Notes under the pieces: generated by a model | Seen by the model: the letters and a program-made list of their open reading frames with translations, nothing else | Told to the model about the DNA's origin: nothing | Database searches by the model: none | In this document: piece after piece, positions 19,196 through 28,339 of the stretch | How positions within the stretch are numbered: the stretch's first letter is position 1 | How the letters are laid out: the number at the start of each line of letters is the position of its first letter | Source: Syntrophorhabdaceae bacterium | GTDB taxonomy: Bacteria; Desulfobacterota; Deferrimicrobia; Deferrimicrobiales; Deferrimicrobiaceae | Length of the DNA: 57,886 bases | Assembly: GCA_009783195.1 (NCBI GenBank) | Contig: WRHP01000005.1 | Span: 1-57,886, forward strand | Reading direction: 5' to 3' | Program-made: the position numbers and the translations under genes

Positions 19196-20311
19196 ATGAG
19201 AAAACCAGTTGCTAAAGCCATCCTGCTGTGTGTTACAGCCGCTTTATTGGTGGGCACGGCCGTTCCGTCCAGGGCGGAGCGCATTAAGGATCTGGCCGCC
19301 TTTGAAGGGGTGCGTGAAAACCCGTTGATAGGCTATGGTCTTGTCGTCGGCCTCAACGGCGTCGGCGATAAAAAAGGCCCCATCATGGTGCAGTCCACAT
19401 TAAACATGCTGAAGCGTATGGGGTTGAGCATCAGCGAGGCCGACATCAAAACCAAGAACACCGCGGCGGTGATGGTAACCGCGTCGCTGCCTCCGTTCCC
19501 AAAGCCTGGCGCTCGCGTCAGCGTAACCGTCTCGGCTATGGGGGACGCAAAAACGCTCCAGGGCGGCACGCTGCTGATGACGCCGCTTAGGGGGGCCGAC
19601 GGAAAAACATACGCGATTGCGCAGGGATCTGTTTCCATCGGCGGATTCGTGGGCGGCGGCTCGGGCGGAACCCAGACGGTCAAGAATCATCCCACTACCG
19701 GATCTGTTTCCGGCGGCGCTGTCATAGAGAAAGATCTGCCGTTTACGTTAGGCTCCGGCGACCATTTACGGCTTTTTCTCTATCGGCAGGATTTTACCAA
19801 CGCGTCCCGGATAGCCGCCAAGGTCAACCAGGAACTTAATTACGGCGGCGCCGCGGTGCTGGACCCTTCTTCTGTCCGCATAACGGTTCCCGACGAATAC
19901 AAGAACCGCCTTCCCGAACTGGTTTCCGTGATCGAGTCGTTCCAGATTCCGGTTGATACTCCGGCGCGCGTGACTGTCAACGAGCGGACCGGAACCGTAG
20001 TGATCGGCGAGAGCGTGAAAATCTCTCCGGTGGCCATCGCGCACGGAAACCTTACGATAGAGATAAAAACCGATCTTCAGGTATCGCAGCCCGCGCCGCT
20101 CGCGCCGCCCAGCGCCGAGACAGTCGTTGTCCCGCAAAGAAACGTGAAAGTAAACGAGCAGAAAGCGTCGCTGATGGAAGTTTCCGGCACATCGCTTGGC
20201 GAGATCGTCCGGGGGCTCAACGCTTTGGGAGTTTCCCCCAGAGATCTGATCGCCATCCTTCAGGCGCTACGTTCCTCTGGCGCGCTGCGGGCCGAGTTGG
20301 AGGTGTTGTAG
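19196..20311 (+). CDS. flgI: flagellar P-ring protein FlgI
   Basis: RIKDLA...GYGLVVGLNG, NERTGTVV, GALRAELEV. Confidence 0.96.
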   Translation: MRKPVAKAILLCVTAALLVGTAVPSRAERIKDLAAFEGVRENPLIGYGLVVGLNGVGDKKGPIMVQSTLNMLKRMGLSISEADIKTKNTAAVMVTASLPPFPKPGARVSVTVSAMGDAKTLQGGTLLMTPLRGADGKTYAIAQGSVSIGGFVGGGSGGTQTVKNHPTTGSVSGGAVIEKDLPFTLGSGDHLRLFLYRQDFTNASRIAAKVNQELNYGGAAVLDPSSVRITVPDEYKNRLPELVSVIESFQIPVDTPARVTVNERTGTVVIGESVKISPVAIAHGNLTIEIKTDLQVSQPAPLAPPSAETVVVPQRNVKVNEQKASLMEVSGTSLGEIVRGLNALGVSPRDLIAILQALRSSGALRAELEVL

Positions 20312-21331
20312 ATGTCTGTCCCCGGCCTACACGCTACCGACTTCTCCGGGCAGAGGCTCGAATCGCTGCGCGGACGGAAGGATGCCGAGGCTATTAAAGC
20401 TGCCGCCAGGGAAATGGAGTCGCTGTTCGCCTATGAAATGATCAAGGCGATGCGGGCTGCATCCGGCACGTCGGCCGCCGGCACGAATGGGCTCGGCGGA
20501 GAGATGTACGGGTCGTTGTTTGATATGGAGCTTGGCCGTCTCATGGCGTCAAGAGGGCTTGGCCTCCAGGAAATGATAATGAGAGGAATGGAAAAGGTTT
20601 CTCATCCGGGCCAAGATGCAAAGAAAGAATCTGAAGATGCCGACGCTCCATCATTATCCGAAGTACCGTCTGATTCTCCGAAGCGGTTCGCGTTTTTCCC
20701 GCCGGCGAGGACAGGTAATGCTACCGGCTCCAAAGACTCCGCAAGCGGCGTTCCCGATACCGTCCCCCCGGTTGTCTCCGCCGCTGTGGAAGTTAAGCCG
20801 GCTGCTCCCGTGGAAAATGCACGGCTGTCCTCGCCGGGCTTTGCCCCGCGCATACCCAATATGCCTGATATGCCAAGAAAAACCGGTCCGATCCCTTATG
20901 GGGAATGGTTGCCGCCCATACGTGAAGAAGGGCGAATCAGCTCCTCCTACGGATATCGGAAAGACCCGTTTGCCGGGACGCAGAAATTCCACTACGGCGT
21001 CGATATTGCCGCTGCGCACGGCGCGAAGATTTATCCGGTCAAAAACGGAGAAGTCACATTCAGCGGTTATCGGAAAGGGTACGGAAATATTGTAGAAATC
21101 AGCCATGGGAACGGTGTTGTAACAAGGTATGCCCACAACCGCTCCAACCTGGTTGCCGTGGGCGACCAGGTGTCTCCCAACACGATCATCGCCGAAGTTG
21201 GGAGCACAGGGCGCTCGACCGGGCCTCACCTCCACTTCGAGGTCCGCCGCGACGGACAGAAAGTCCCTCCTCAGATGATTTTTTCCGGATTTCTAAAGGA
21301 AGGAGCAAACCATCCGATAAGTAATGCGTAA
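20312..21331 (+). CDS. flgJ: FlgJ-like rod-binding protein fused to an M23 metallopeptidase
   Basis: N-terminal AAREMESLF..EMIKAMR rod-binding domain, Pro-rich linker, then HYGVD and STGPHLHFEV (M23). Confidence 0.85.
   Translation: MSVPGLHATDFSGQRLESLRGRKDAEAIKAAAREMESLFAYEMIKAMRAASGTSAAGTNGLGGEMYGSLFDMELGRLMASRGLGLQEMIMRGMEKVSHPGQDAKKESEDADAPSLSEVPSDSPKRFAFFPPARTGNATGSKDSASGVPDTVPPVVSAAVEVKPAAPVENARLSSPGFAPRIPNMPDMPRKTGPIPYGEWLPPIREEGRISSSYGYRKDPFAGTQKFHYGVDIAAAHGAKIYPVKNGEVTFSGYRKGYGNIVEISHGNGVVTRYAHNRSNLVAVGDQVSPNTIIAEVGSTGRSTGPHLHFEVRRDGQKVPPQMIFSGFLKEGANHPISNA
21294..21320 (+). promoter_or_regulatory. sigma28 promoter for flgM, inside the flgJ 3' end
   Basis: TAAAG-N14-TCCGATAA (TAAA-N15 spacing). 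Confidence 0.7.
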
Positions 21332-21356
21332 GGGACTGCATTACGGGGGGAAGGCG

Positions 21357-21641
21357 ATGAAAATTAATGGCGGTGTGCCTCCAGAGAAGCCGGATGGCGT
21401 TAAGTTTCACAAGGTAAGCAAAAAATCGGATCAGGCAAGCGATACCGGGAGAGAAGCGGTCGCGGACAAAGTGGACGTTTCCGGAAGGGCTCGTGAAATT
21501 GCGGAGCTTACGGGTGTCGTAAAATCCATTCCCGATACCAGGGAGGGTAAAGTAGCGGAAATAAAAGATTTAGTGGATTCCGGCAAATACGTGGCCGATC
21601 CGTACAAAATTGCGGGAAAGATGCTAAACGAGGTGATATGA
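21357..21641 (+). CDS. flgM: anti-sigma28 factor FlgM
   Basis: DKVDVS...PDTREGKVAEIK..V.SG.Y..DPYKIA.KM; ATG 21357. Confidence 0.88.
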   Translation: MKINGGVPPEKPDGVKFHKVSKKSDQASDTGREAVADKVDVSGRAREIAELTGVVKSIPDTREGKVAEIKDLVDSGKYVADPYKIAGKMLNEVI

Positions 21642-22102
21642 GCCACCTGTCTTCCATTAAAGTCATCCTGCGCGAGCAGGAGGCTTGTTGCAAGACGCTG
21701 GTAGGGCTTCTCCAGAGAGAGAGAGGCTACCTGGTGGATCTCGATGTGCGCGCGGTTGAGGAGTTGACGAAGGAGAAGGATACCCTCCTTCTCCGTTTGC
21801 GTTTTTTGGATGAGGAGAGGCAGCGTCTCGTATCGGTGCTGTCTAAAGAATGGTCGGGCCAAAGCGGGAAAGAGCTTACCCTTTGCGCTATGGCCGAGAG
21901 GGCGGGGGATACCGAGCTTTCGGAAATGCGTTTGAAGCTGGTGTCGTTGGCGCAAAGCATAAACGATCTCAACAGTTTCAATAGGTATCTGGTTGATCGG
22001 TCTTTGAGCAACGCGCGATCCGCCCGGGGAGTATTCGAGGCGTTTGGCGATTGGTCTCCGGAGTACGCGGTGAGCGGAACGCTCTTGTCAAAGGAGACAT
22101 AA
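21638..22102 (+). CDS. flgN: flagellar export chaperone FlgN
   Basis: Helical protein between flgM and flgK; N..N..L...SL pattern. Confidence 0.8.
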   Translation: MSHLSSIKVILREQEACCKTLVGLLQRERGYLVDLDVRAVEELTKEKDTLLLRLRFLDEERQRLVSVLSKEWSGQSGKELTLCAMAERAGDTELSEMRLKLVSLAQSINDLNSFNRYLVDRSLSNARSARGVFEAFGDWSPEYAVSGTLLSKET

Positions 22103-22103
22103 A

Positions 22104-23720
22104 ATGTCCCTGCTAAACATCATGAATATCGGGAAATCGGCGCTTTTTACGAACCAGGCGGCGCTGAACGTCACGGGTCACAATATTGCCAACGTAAATA
22201 CGCCCGGCTATACCCGGCAATCCGCGGTTCTCAAGGTCGCCGGGCCGCAGGAATTCGCTTACGGGTTTCTTGGCCGCGGAGTAAAAGTGGCGTATGTCAG
22301 GCAGAGCTATTCCCGTTTTGTTGAGACGCAGCTTCTTGGGCAGCATCAGAATTTTGGAAAAGCCGACGTAATGACCGATGTCTATTCCAGGGTGGAGCAG
22401 GTGTTCAACAGTTTTACCGGCTCCGGTCTTTCAAATAGCCTCCAGGCGTTCTTCAATTCCTGGAATGCGCTTTCCACAGACCCGGCCAGCTTTGCGCACA
22501 GGACCGTCCTGCTTGCCGACGCGAATAATCTTATAGACGTAGCAAAGCAGATGGAGGGCAACCTCCAGAAAACTATCAGCGAGATAGATAAAGAGATCCA
22601 GAACGATACTGACCGGATCAACGCGATTGCCTACGATATTGCCAAGCTCAACAAGGATATTGTCAGGGTTGAGGCGGGAAACTCGGAGCGCAGGGCGAAC
22701 GATCTGCGGGACTCCCGGAACACTCTTGTGACCGAGCTGGCCGGGCTGGTGCAGTTGAGCACTCTTGAGGACACCAACGGCTCCCTGACTGTCCTGGTCG
22801 GAATGCGCGATCTTGTTTCGGGCGCTTACGTAAACGAAATGACGTCGGGCGTCGATGCTTTGGGGAACGTCACCATCAAGATCGACAACACGGAGATTTC
22901 TTCCCGGATCACTAAAGGGGAGCTTGGCGGGTATCTCGAATCACGCAAGGCGATAGAGGAAGGACCGCTGAAGGAGCTGCGGAAGTTCGCGGCCGCCTTG
23001 ACGCTGGAAGTAAACGAGATTCATAACAGGGGAATAGGCCTCGATGGCTATCAGGGAGACTTTTTCTCGCCCCTTTCCGTGTCCGTAAGCACAACCTCGG
23101 TTGGCGCGTCTGTGAGCGCGGCGACGGTTACAAATCAGTCCGACCTGACGCTTTCCGAGTACGATGTCACCTTTAGCGGCGGCACCTGGACGGTGAAAAA
23201 CCGCGACACGGGCGCCACGCTAAACCCCGCGTCTGTAACTGTAACGGGGAACACAATAGAGTTTGAAGGCATATCCATCACTGTGGCTGGAGCGATAGCC
23301 AATGGCGACACTTTCGTAGTCAGCCCGCTGACCGACGCAATCGGGAAATTCTCTATGGCGATTACTAACGACAAGCAGATAGCGGCTGCTTATGATCCCA
23401 ATTCGCCGGGCGACAACAGAAACGCGCTGGATATGGCGCAACTTGCGGAGCAGTTGGTGGGTCGTCTGGGCGGCGAAACCTTTTCCAGGACTTATACAAA
23501 GATCGTAAGCATGGCCGGTTTACTGTCGTCGAATTCCATAGACATGTATAAATTCGAATCGAACCTCAGAGCCGAGCTCCAGAGCCAGCGTGACGCGATC
23601 TCCGGCGTATCTATTGACGAGGAAGCCGCAAATCTTCTGATTTATCAGAGAGGATTTGAGGCTTCGGCGCGGCTGATCACCGTGGCGGACGAGCTTATAC
23701 AAACGGTGCTGAACTTATGA
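22104..23720 (+). CDS. flgK: hook-associated protein FlgK
   Basis: HNIANVNTPGYTRQ, SGVSIDEEAANL. Confidence 0.95.
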   Translation: MSLLNIMNIGKSALFTNQAALNVTGHNIANVNTPGYTRQSAVLKVAGPQEFAYGFLGRGVKVAYVRQSYSRFVETQLLGQHQNFGKADVMTDVYSRVEQVFNSFTGSGLSNSLQAFFNSWNALSTDPASFAHRTVLLADANNLIDVAKQMEGNLQKTISEIDKEIQNDTDRINAIAYDIAKLNKDIVRVEAGNSERRANDLRDSRNTLVTELAGLVQLSTLEDTNGSLTVLVGMRDLVSGAYVNEMTSGVDALGNVTIKIDNTEISSRITKGELGGYLESRKAIEEGPLKELRKFAAALTLEVNEIHNRGIGLDGYQGDFFSPLSVSVSTTSVGASVSAATVTNQSDLTLSEYDVTFSGGTWTVKNRDTGATLNPASVTVTGNTIEFEGISITVAGAIANGDTFVVSPLTDAIGKFSMAITNDKQIAAAYDPNSPGDNRNALDMAQLAEQLVGRLGGETFSRTYTKIVSMAGLLSSNSIDMYKFESNLRAELQSQRDAISGVSIDEEAANLLIYQRGFEASARLITVADELIQTVLNL

Positions 23721-24727
23721 GAGTATCCACTCCGCAGATATACCGGCAGACTTCCGATGCCCTGATGCAGTCGATCGCCAACCTCTACAAGTTGAACGAA
23801 CAGATTGGATCAGGCAAGCGTATCAACAGACCTTCGGATGATGTAACGGGCGCCGCCCGCGCGCTGGATTACAAGGTTTTCATGGAGAACGGGAAACAGT
23901 ATTTGAGCAGCATCAGCAGCACTGCGAATGCTCTTTCCTACTTTGATTCCACGTTTGACTCCGTAGATACCGCCCTGTCGCGGCTCAAGGAGTTGTCGAT
24001 TGTGGCGGCAAACGGAGCCACATCGGACACTTCCAGGTATGCTGTTTCGGTGGAAGCCGGAGAGATCCGGGACCATATTTTGACGCTGGCCAACACGAAA
24101 GTCGGGGGCACATATATCTTTTCGGGCTTCAAAACCGATACTCGCGCGTACGACAACTCTTTTGCTTATCAAGGCGATGCCGGTTTGGTCAAAGTAGGGA
24201 TAGGCGGCGGAATGCTGGTTACGCAAAACGTCACGGGCCCGGAAGCTTTCACCTACACTCTCGATGCGGAAAAATCCGTCGATATGGGAAGCGGCCTCTA
24301 CGCCTACTATATTCCCGATCCGGGCGGCGGTCCTGTAACCACCGTCGAGATTCGCGCTTCCGACCGCACGACAGTTCTTGACACCTTCTCCTATGGAAAC
24401 GCTATGGAGATTGCGGACCTCATGACCAAGGCGATGGAAGATAACAATATCCCAAGAATTTCCGCCCTCATAGGTTCTATTGACGACATGGCGGATCATG
24501 TGTATAGAGTCCGCGCCGAGGTAGGAGCGCGGATGAATGTGCTTGACAGCCAGGATGCGCGGATCAGGGAATTGAACTACACGACGGAGGTAAATCTCTC
24601 CTCTGTCCAGGACGCGGATATTGTTTCAACCGCCAGCGATTTCGTAAAAGCGAACAGTGTGCTTTCGGCTGTGCAGTTGAGTACGGTAAGGATCTTGTCG
24701 CAATCATTGCTTGATTTTCTCAGGTAA
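23717..24727 (+). CDS. flgL: hook-associated protein FlgL
   Basis: MRVST, SGKRINRPSDD, YIFSG, SLLDFLR. Confidence 0.94.
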   Translation: MRVSTPQIYRQTSDALMQSIANLYKLNEQIGSGKRINRPSDDVTGAARALDYKVFMENGKQYLSSISSTANALSYFDSTFDSVDTALSRLKELSIVAANGATSDTSRYAVSVEAGEIRDHILTLANTKVGGTYIFSGFKTDTRAYDNSFAYQGDAGLVKVGIGGGMLVTQNVTGPEAFTYTLDAEKSVDMGSGLYAYYIPDPGGGPVTTVEIRASDRTTVLDTFSYGNAMEIADLMTKAMEDNNIPRISALIGSIDDMADHVYRVRAEVGARMNVLDSQDARIRELNYTTEVNLSSVQDADIVSTASDFVKANSVLSAVQLSTVRILSQSLLDFLR

Positions 24728-24832
24728 CCCCCGTGGTCTCGTATATACTGACGGGGCGGGAAGGAGGTTTTGAATCAGCGCAGTTTCCCGTTGCGAATAC
24801 CGGCGCGGCAGAATTTCAGGATGGAGTATGCG

Positions 24833-25057
24833 ATGCTCGTGCTGACAAGGAAGTCAGATGAGTCGTTTCTGATTGGAGACGATATCCAGGTTACCGTCCT
24901 TAGTATCCGGGGGAGCCAGGTTCAGCTTGGCGTCAAAGCTCCTTCTGATGTCCGAATTTACCGAGGGGAAGTCCACGACAGAATTAAGGCAGAGAACATT
25001 TCTTCGGCTGGTTTATCCACCGAGGATTTTTCAATCCTTAAGGAAAAGGTGAAATGA
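24833..25057 (+). CDS. csrA: carbon storage regulator CsrA
   Basis: MLVLTRK..ES..IGDDI.V...V.LG..AP..V.IYR.E. Confidence 0.93.
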   Translation: MLVLTRKSDESFLIGDDIQVTVLSIRGSQVQLGVKAPSDVRIYRGEVHDRIKAENISSAGLSTEDFSILKEKVK

Positions 25058-25443
25058 CGATGAAATTCGAAACATCTCGGTTTGGGCAGATCGAGGCTTC
25101 GGAGGACCGGATAATTAATTTCCCGTCAGGCCTTCCAGGTTTTTCGCAACTCAACCGGTACGTACTAATTGATTACAAAGATACCCCTCTTAAGTGGCTC
25201 CAGTCGGTCGATGATCCGCAAGTGGCTTTCATTGTCGCCGATCCGAAAACGGTTTCTACCGAAGGGTCGATTACCATTGGCGACGATGTGGTGCGTTTTC
25301 TCAAGATCGAAAAGGAAGAAGATCTGGCGGTTCTCATCATCTTGCGGTCTGAAGGCGATAAGGTTATCGCAAACCTGAAAGGCCCCCTCGCGATCAATTC
25401 CGACCGGATGCTCGGGGTGCAGGCTGTTATAGACCAGGCTTGA
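25054..25443 (+). CDS. fliW: flagellar assembly factor FliW
   Basis: [26 protein letters not shown]. Confidence 0.93.
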   Translation: MTMKFETSRFGQIEASEDRIINFPSGLPGFSQLNRYVLIDYKDTPLKWLQSVDDPQVAFIVADPKTVSTEGSITIGDDVVRFLKIEKEEDLAVLIILRSEGDKVIANLKGPLAINSDRMLGVQAVIDQA

Positions 25444-25450
25444 ACATCCT

Positions 25451-26554
25451 GTGCTTCCGCTGATAACACCTCTTATCCCGCCTTCCCCCGATCTGCCTAC
25501 GGGAGGGGTTGCCCGTATTGAAAACGCGGTGGCTTTTCGCTCCTCGTCCTGGGAGGGGTTGAAGCTTCGGATCGGCGACCTCGTTAAAGCTGACATTTTA
25601 TCGCTTTCCGCCGACGGGAGTGTCTCGATCCGTATTACCCGCGAATCCGGAGAAAGCGCCACGTTATTGGCGCGGTCACAGGTGCCGTTTGAAGCGGGAG
25701 AAAGCGTCCTTTTGAAGGTGACTTCCGGCGGCGATGGTGAAATACGGCTGCGCTTTGTTGGCATGGCTGACGGCGGAGGCGGCGAAAAGGCTGGTTCCGC
25801 CGATGGGGCGATGGCGTCTTCTCCGGCTTTGTCGCGTATGCTGCTGACAGATGTCCGGCAACTGCAAGCGATCTTCCGTGCTTTCCCCGAATCAGTCAAG
25901 GCGTCGATTCCTGGTTTCTCCATGCTTGAAGAAGGAACGTCTGTGGAAGGGCTGACCGGACAGGCGCTTAAAAACGCGGTGGAAGGATCAGGCGTTCTCC
26001 TCGAAACCAAACTTAAGCTGCAGCCGGACGCTGTTGCCGCCGGAGCCGACCAGAAAGACGCGCTTTTGCGCGTTGGCGCGGCGATGCGCGATACGGTCAA
26101 GTCGGCCGAAGTGCGTGGGGTGGGGATCAGCTCCGGAGAGACGGCTGTCAAGACCGAGGGAATGCTCTCGTCAATCGAGACGTACCAGGTTTTTTCATCC
26201 GCCAATGGCGTTTTGTACGCGCCGTTGACGCTGGAATGGGATGAGCTTTTAGACGGAGAGATCCTATTCCGGAAGAAGAATCGTGGAGGACGCGAGTCGT
26301 TCACATGTGAGATGAACCTCGATCTGGACCCTCTGGGTAAAATGTCAATTTCCGTGACCATGTACGAAGGCGCTTTTCTGGTCTCACTGTCGCCGGAGAA
26401 CGATACGACCCGCTCGCTTATGGCTACGCAATCTGATGACATCGGGAGACGGTTCAGGGAGGCGGGGCTACAGCTTCGGGCTGTGGCGGTCCAACAGAAG
26501 CGAAACGTCTCCTTTGGCGTTCCCTCGGCTGACGGCGTTGACCTGAAGGTTTAA
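25451..26554 (+). CDS. FliK-like (hook-length control C-terminal domain) protein
   Basis: SGVLLETKL, C-terminal LDLDPLGKMSISV...F..AG T3S4-like domain; adjacent to an FlhB-C protein. Confidence 0.65.
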   Translation: MLPLITPLIPPSPDLPTGGVARIENAVAFRSSSWEGLKLRIGDLVKADILSLSADGSVSIRITRESGESATLLARSQVPFEAGESVLLKVTSGGDGEIRLRFVGMADGGGGEKAGSADGAMASSPALSRMLLTDVRQLQAIFRAFPESVKASIPGFSMLEEGTSVEGLTGQALKNAVEGSGVLLETKLKLQPDAVAAGADQKDALLRVGAAMRDTVKSAEVRGVGISSGETAVKTEGMLSSIETYQVFSSANGVLYAPLTLEWDELLDGEILFRKKNRGGRESFTCEMNLDLDPLGKMSISVTMYEGAFLVSLSPENDTTRSLMATQSDDIGRRFREAGLQLRAVAVQQKRNVSFGVPSADGVDLKV

Positions 26555-26556
26555 GG

Positions 26557-26835
26557 ATGAAGACCCCTTTTCGCCAGGCGGCGGCTCTTCGTTACGAACA
26601 GGGAAAAGATTCCGCCCCACGGTTAATTGCAAAAGGAAAAGGCGCCGTTGCTGATAAGATATTAGAGGTTGCGCGGCGCCACGGCATTCCCATTCGCGAA
26701 GACCGGGAGCTGGTTCAGATGCTGGCGTCGCTTGAACTGTACCAGGAGGTCCCGCCCGACTTGTATAAGGCGGTGGCCGAAATCCTTGCCTTCATATACT
26801 CACTGAACCGTGGGGCCGGGAAGGCAAAAATGTGA
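26557..26835 (+). CDS. FlhB C-terminal-like protein (EscU/YscU/HrcU family, FlhX-like)
   Basis: AAALRYE...APRLIAKGKG.VADKI...LYKAVAEIL. Confidence 0.88.
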   Translation: MKTPFRQAAALRYEQGKDSAPRLIAKGKGAVADKILEVARRHGIPIREDRELVQMLASLELYQEVPPDLYKAVAEILAFIYSLNRGAGKAKM

Positions 26836-26845
26836 GGACGAGCGC

Positions 26846-28078
26846 GTGGGGTACAAGGTTTATGTGTATGGTTCGAGAAAGGCCTTTCCTGTAGACGGAC
26901 TGGCCCTTGGTACCCGTCCGCCTTTTGATGTCTTCATCTGCGAAGAAGGAATATTCACCATAGTTATTTCCGCCGGCCAGCATTATGGTCCGGAGGAGAG
27001 AAGCGAACTGTTGGCGCGCGGGATTAGCGAAGTATTCGTCGACGCCAGGGATGCTTCCGAGTTAGAGGCCTACCTTAATCGAACCTCCGAGGAAGTTCCG
27101 GCGCGTCACGAGAACCCGGAGACGGTCAGAGAATACCTTGAGCACATGCGGGACTATTACCAGATCGAACGCGCTTCCCTGGTTCCGGGAGGGCAGATCG
27201 ATTTTGGTCTCTACCGGCTCTTCGATTTGCGCCTTATGCCCGTGGCGGAGCCTGTAAGGGGCGGGTTTGCCGTCATCCCCGCCGGGCTCCCCGTTTTGCG
27301 CGGCGACATTGTTATCCGCAACGAAGATATCCCGCGGTACCAGAGATATCTCGATGCCGCCGCCGGCATGCTTGACGCCGACCCCCGGAAAAAGCGGAAG
27401 ATGCAGGCGATTGCGCTCAAAGAGAAGTCTAAAGCGATCGTCAAGGATCTGCTGGATAATCCGCGCAGTGGCGAGAATATAAAAAAAGCCGTGCAAGTCG
27501 CCGCCGATCTGACCGAATGTATCTTGAATAGCCATGATGTCTTGCAGGATCTCATTACCTTGAGCAGCTACGACCAGTACACCTACACCCATTCGGTTAA
27601 TGTGGCTGTTCTCGCTTCGGGGATCGGTGTTTCCTGCGGACTGGCAAAAGAGATGGTCCAGATCCTCGGAATCGGAGCGGTGCTGCACGATATAGGTAAA
27701 AGCGCCATTCCGTCCGAAATTCTGAACAAGCCGGGCCGGCTTAACGAGCGGGAGTTTGACATAATGAAGGGGCATGTAATGGAAGGGTTCCGGACGATCG
27801 AGTCGAATGACGCGGTTCCCGAAGAATCCCGCGTCGTCATAACCCAGCATCATGAGCGGCTCAGGGGAACCGGATACCCCAATGGTCTGGCCGGGGAGCA
27901 GATTACAATTTTTGGTAGGATCTGCGCTGTAGCGGACTGCTACGACGCGATGACGACAAGCCGCCCATACAAAGACGCAGGGACGCCATTCCAGGCCCTG
28001 ACGCAGATGAAAACAGAAAAATCCAATTACGACGCGGAGATACTGGACAGTTTCATCCGGATGCTCGGCAGGACCTAA
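26846..28078 (+). CDS. HD-GYP domain protein (putative c-di-GMP phosphodiesterase)
   Basis: YTYTHS, LHDIGK, HHERLRGTGYP, DAMT..RPYK; GTG start after GAGGA. Confidence 0.88.
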   Translation: MGYKVYVYGSRKAFPVDGLALGTRPPFDVFICEEGIFTIVISAGQHYGPEERSELLARGISEVFVDARDASELEAYLNRTSEEVPARHENPETVREYLEHMRDYYQIERASLVPGGQIDFGLYRLFDLRLMPVAEPVRGGFAVIPAGLPVLRGDIVIRNEDIPRYQRYLDAAAGMLDADPRKKRKMQAIALKEKSKAIVKDLLDNPRSGENIKKAVQVAADLTECILNSHDVLQDLITLSSYDQYTYTHSVNVAVLASGIGVSCGLAKEMVQILGIGAVLHDIGKSAIPSEILNKPGRLNEREFDIMKGHVMEGFRTIESNDAVPEESRVVITQHHERLRGTGYPNGLAGEQITIFGRICAVADCYDAMTTSRPYKDAGTPFQALTQMKTEKSNYDAEILDSFIRMLGRT

Positions 28079-28170
28079 AGGCAGGATCTGGGGTAAAGCC
28101 CTAATTTTTTTGTTTTTTTGCAATACGATAGTATTTGGCAAAAACAGGAAAAATTATTTTTAATATTCGC

Positions 28171-28197
28171 TAAAGGTTTACATTTGCCTGCCGATAA
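28171..28197 (+). promoter_or_regulatory. sigma28 promoter of flagellin
   Basis: TAAAGGTT...GCCGATAA with TAAA-N15 spacing; near-perfect consensus. Confidence 0.88.
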
Positions 28198-28299
28198 GTA
28201 ACATTAGGAAGAGGCTGGAGAGGAGAAAAGAAAGATTAAAGCCGGGTTCCCCCGGTAATTCAGCCGAAACCCAGCGGGCCGAAAAGGCCCAAACAAATA

Positions 28300-28334
28300 C
28301 GGGCAAGGATGCCCGAATAAAATTCACGGAGGAA
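28300..28334 (+). promoter_or_regulatory. two CsrA-binding sites in the flagellin 5' UTR
   Basis: Hairpin CGGGCA-AGGA-TGCCCG (28300-28315) and ATTCACGGAGGAA overlapping the SD (28322-28334). Confidence 0.75.
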
Positions 28335-28339
28335 TAAAC

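Noticed and set aside
25165-28141. Long antisense ORFs (425 aa, 359 aa; similar ones at 6773-7672, 44418-45407 and 50969-51985)
   Set aside because: They are shadows of well-supported + strand genes in GC-rich DNA and carry no family motifs.
28198-28339. c-di-GMP riboswitch in the flagellin leader
   Set aside because: The hairpins do not show the GEMM/c-di-GMP-I consensus; CsrA sites explain the SD-proximal part.
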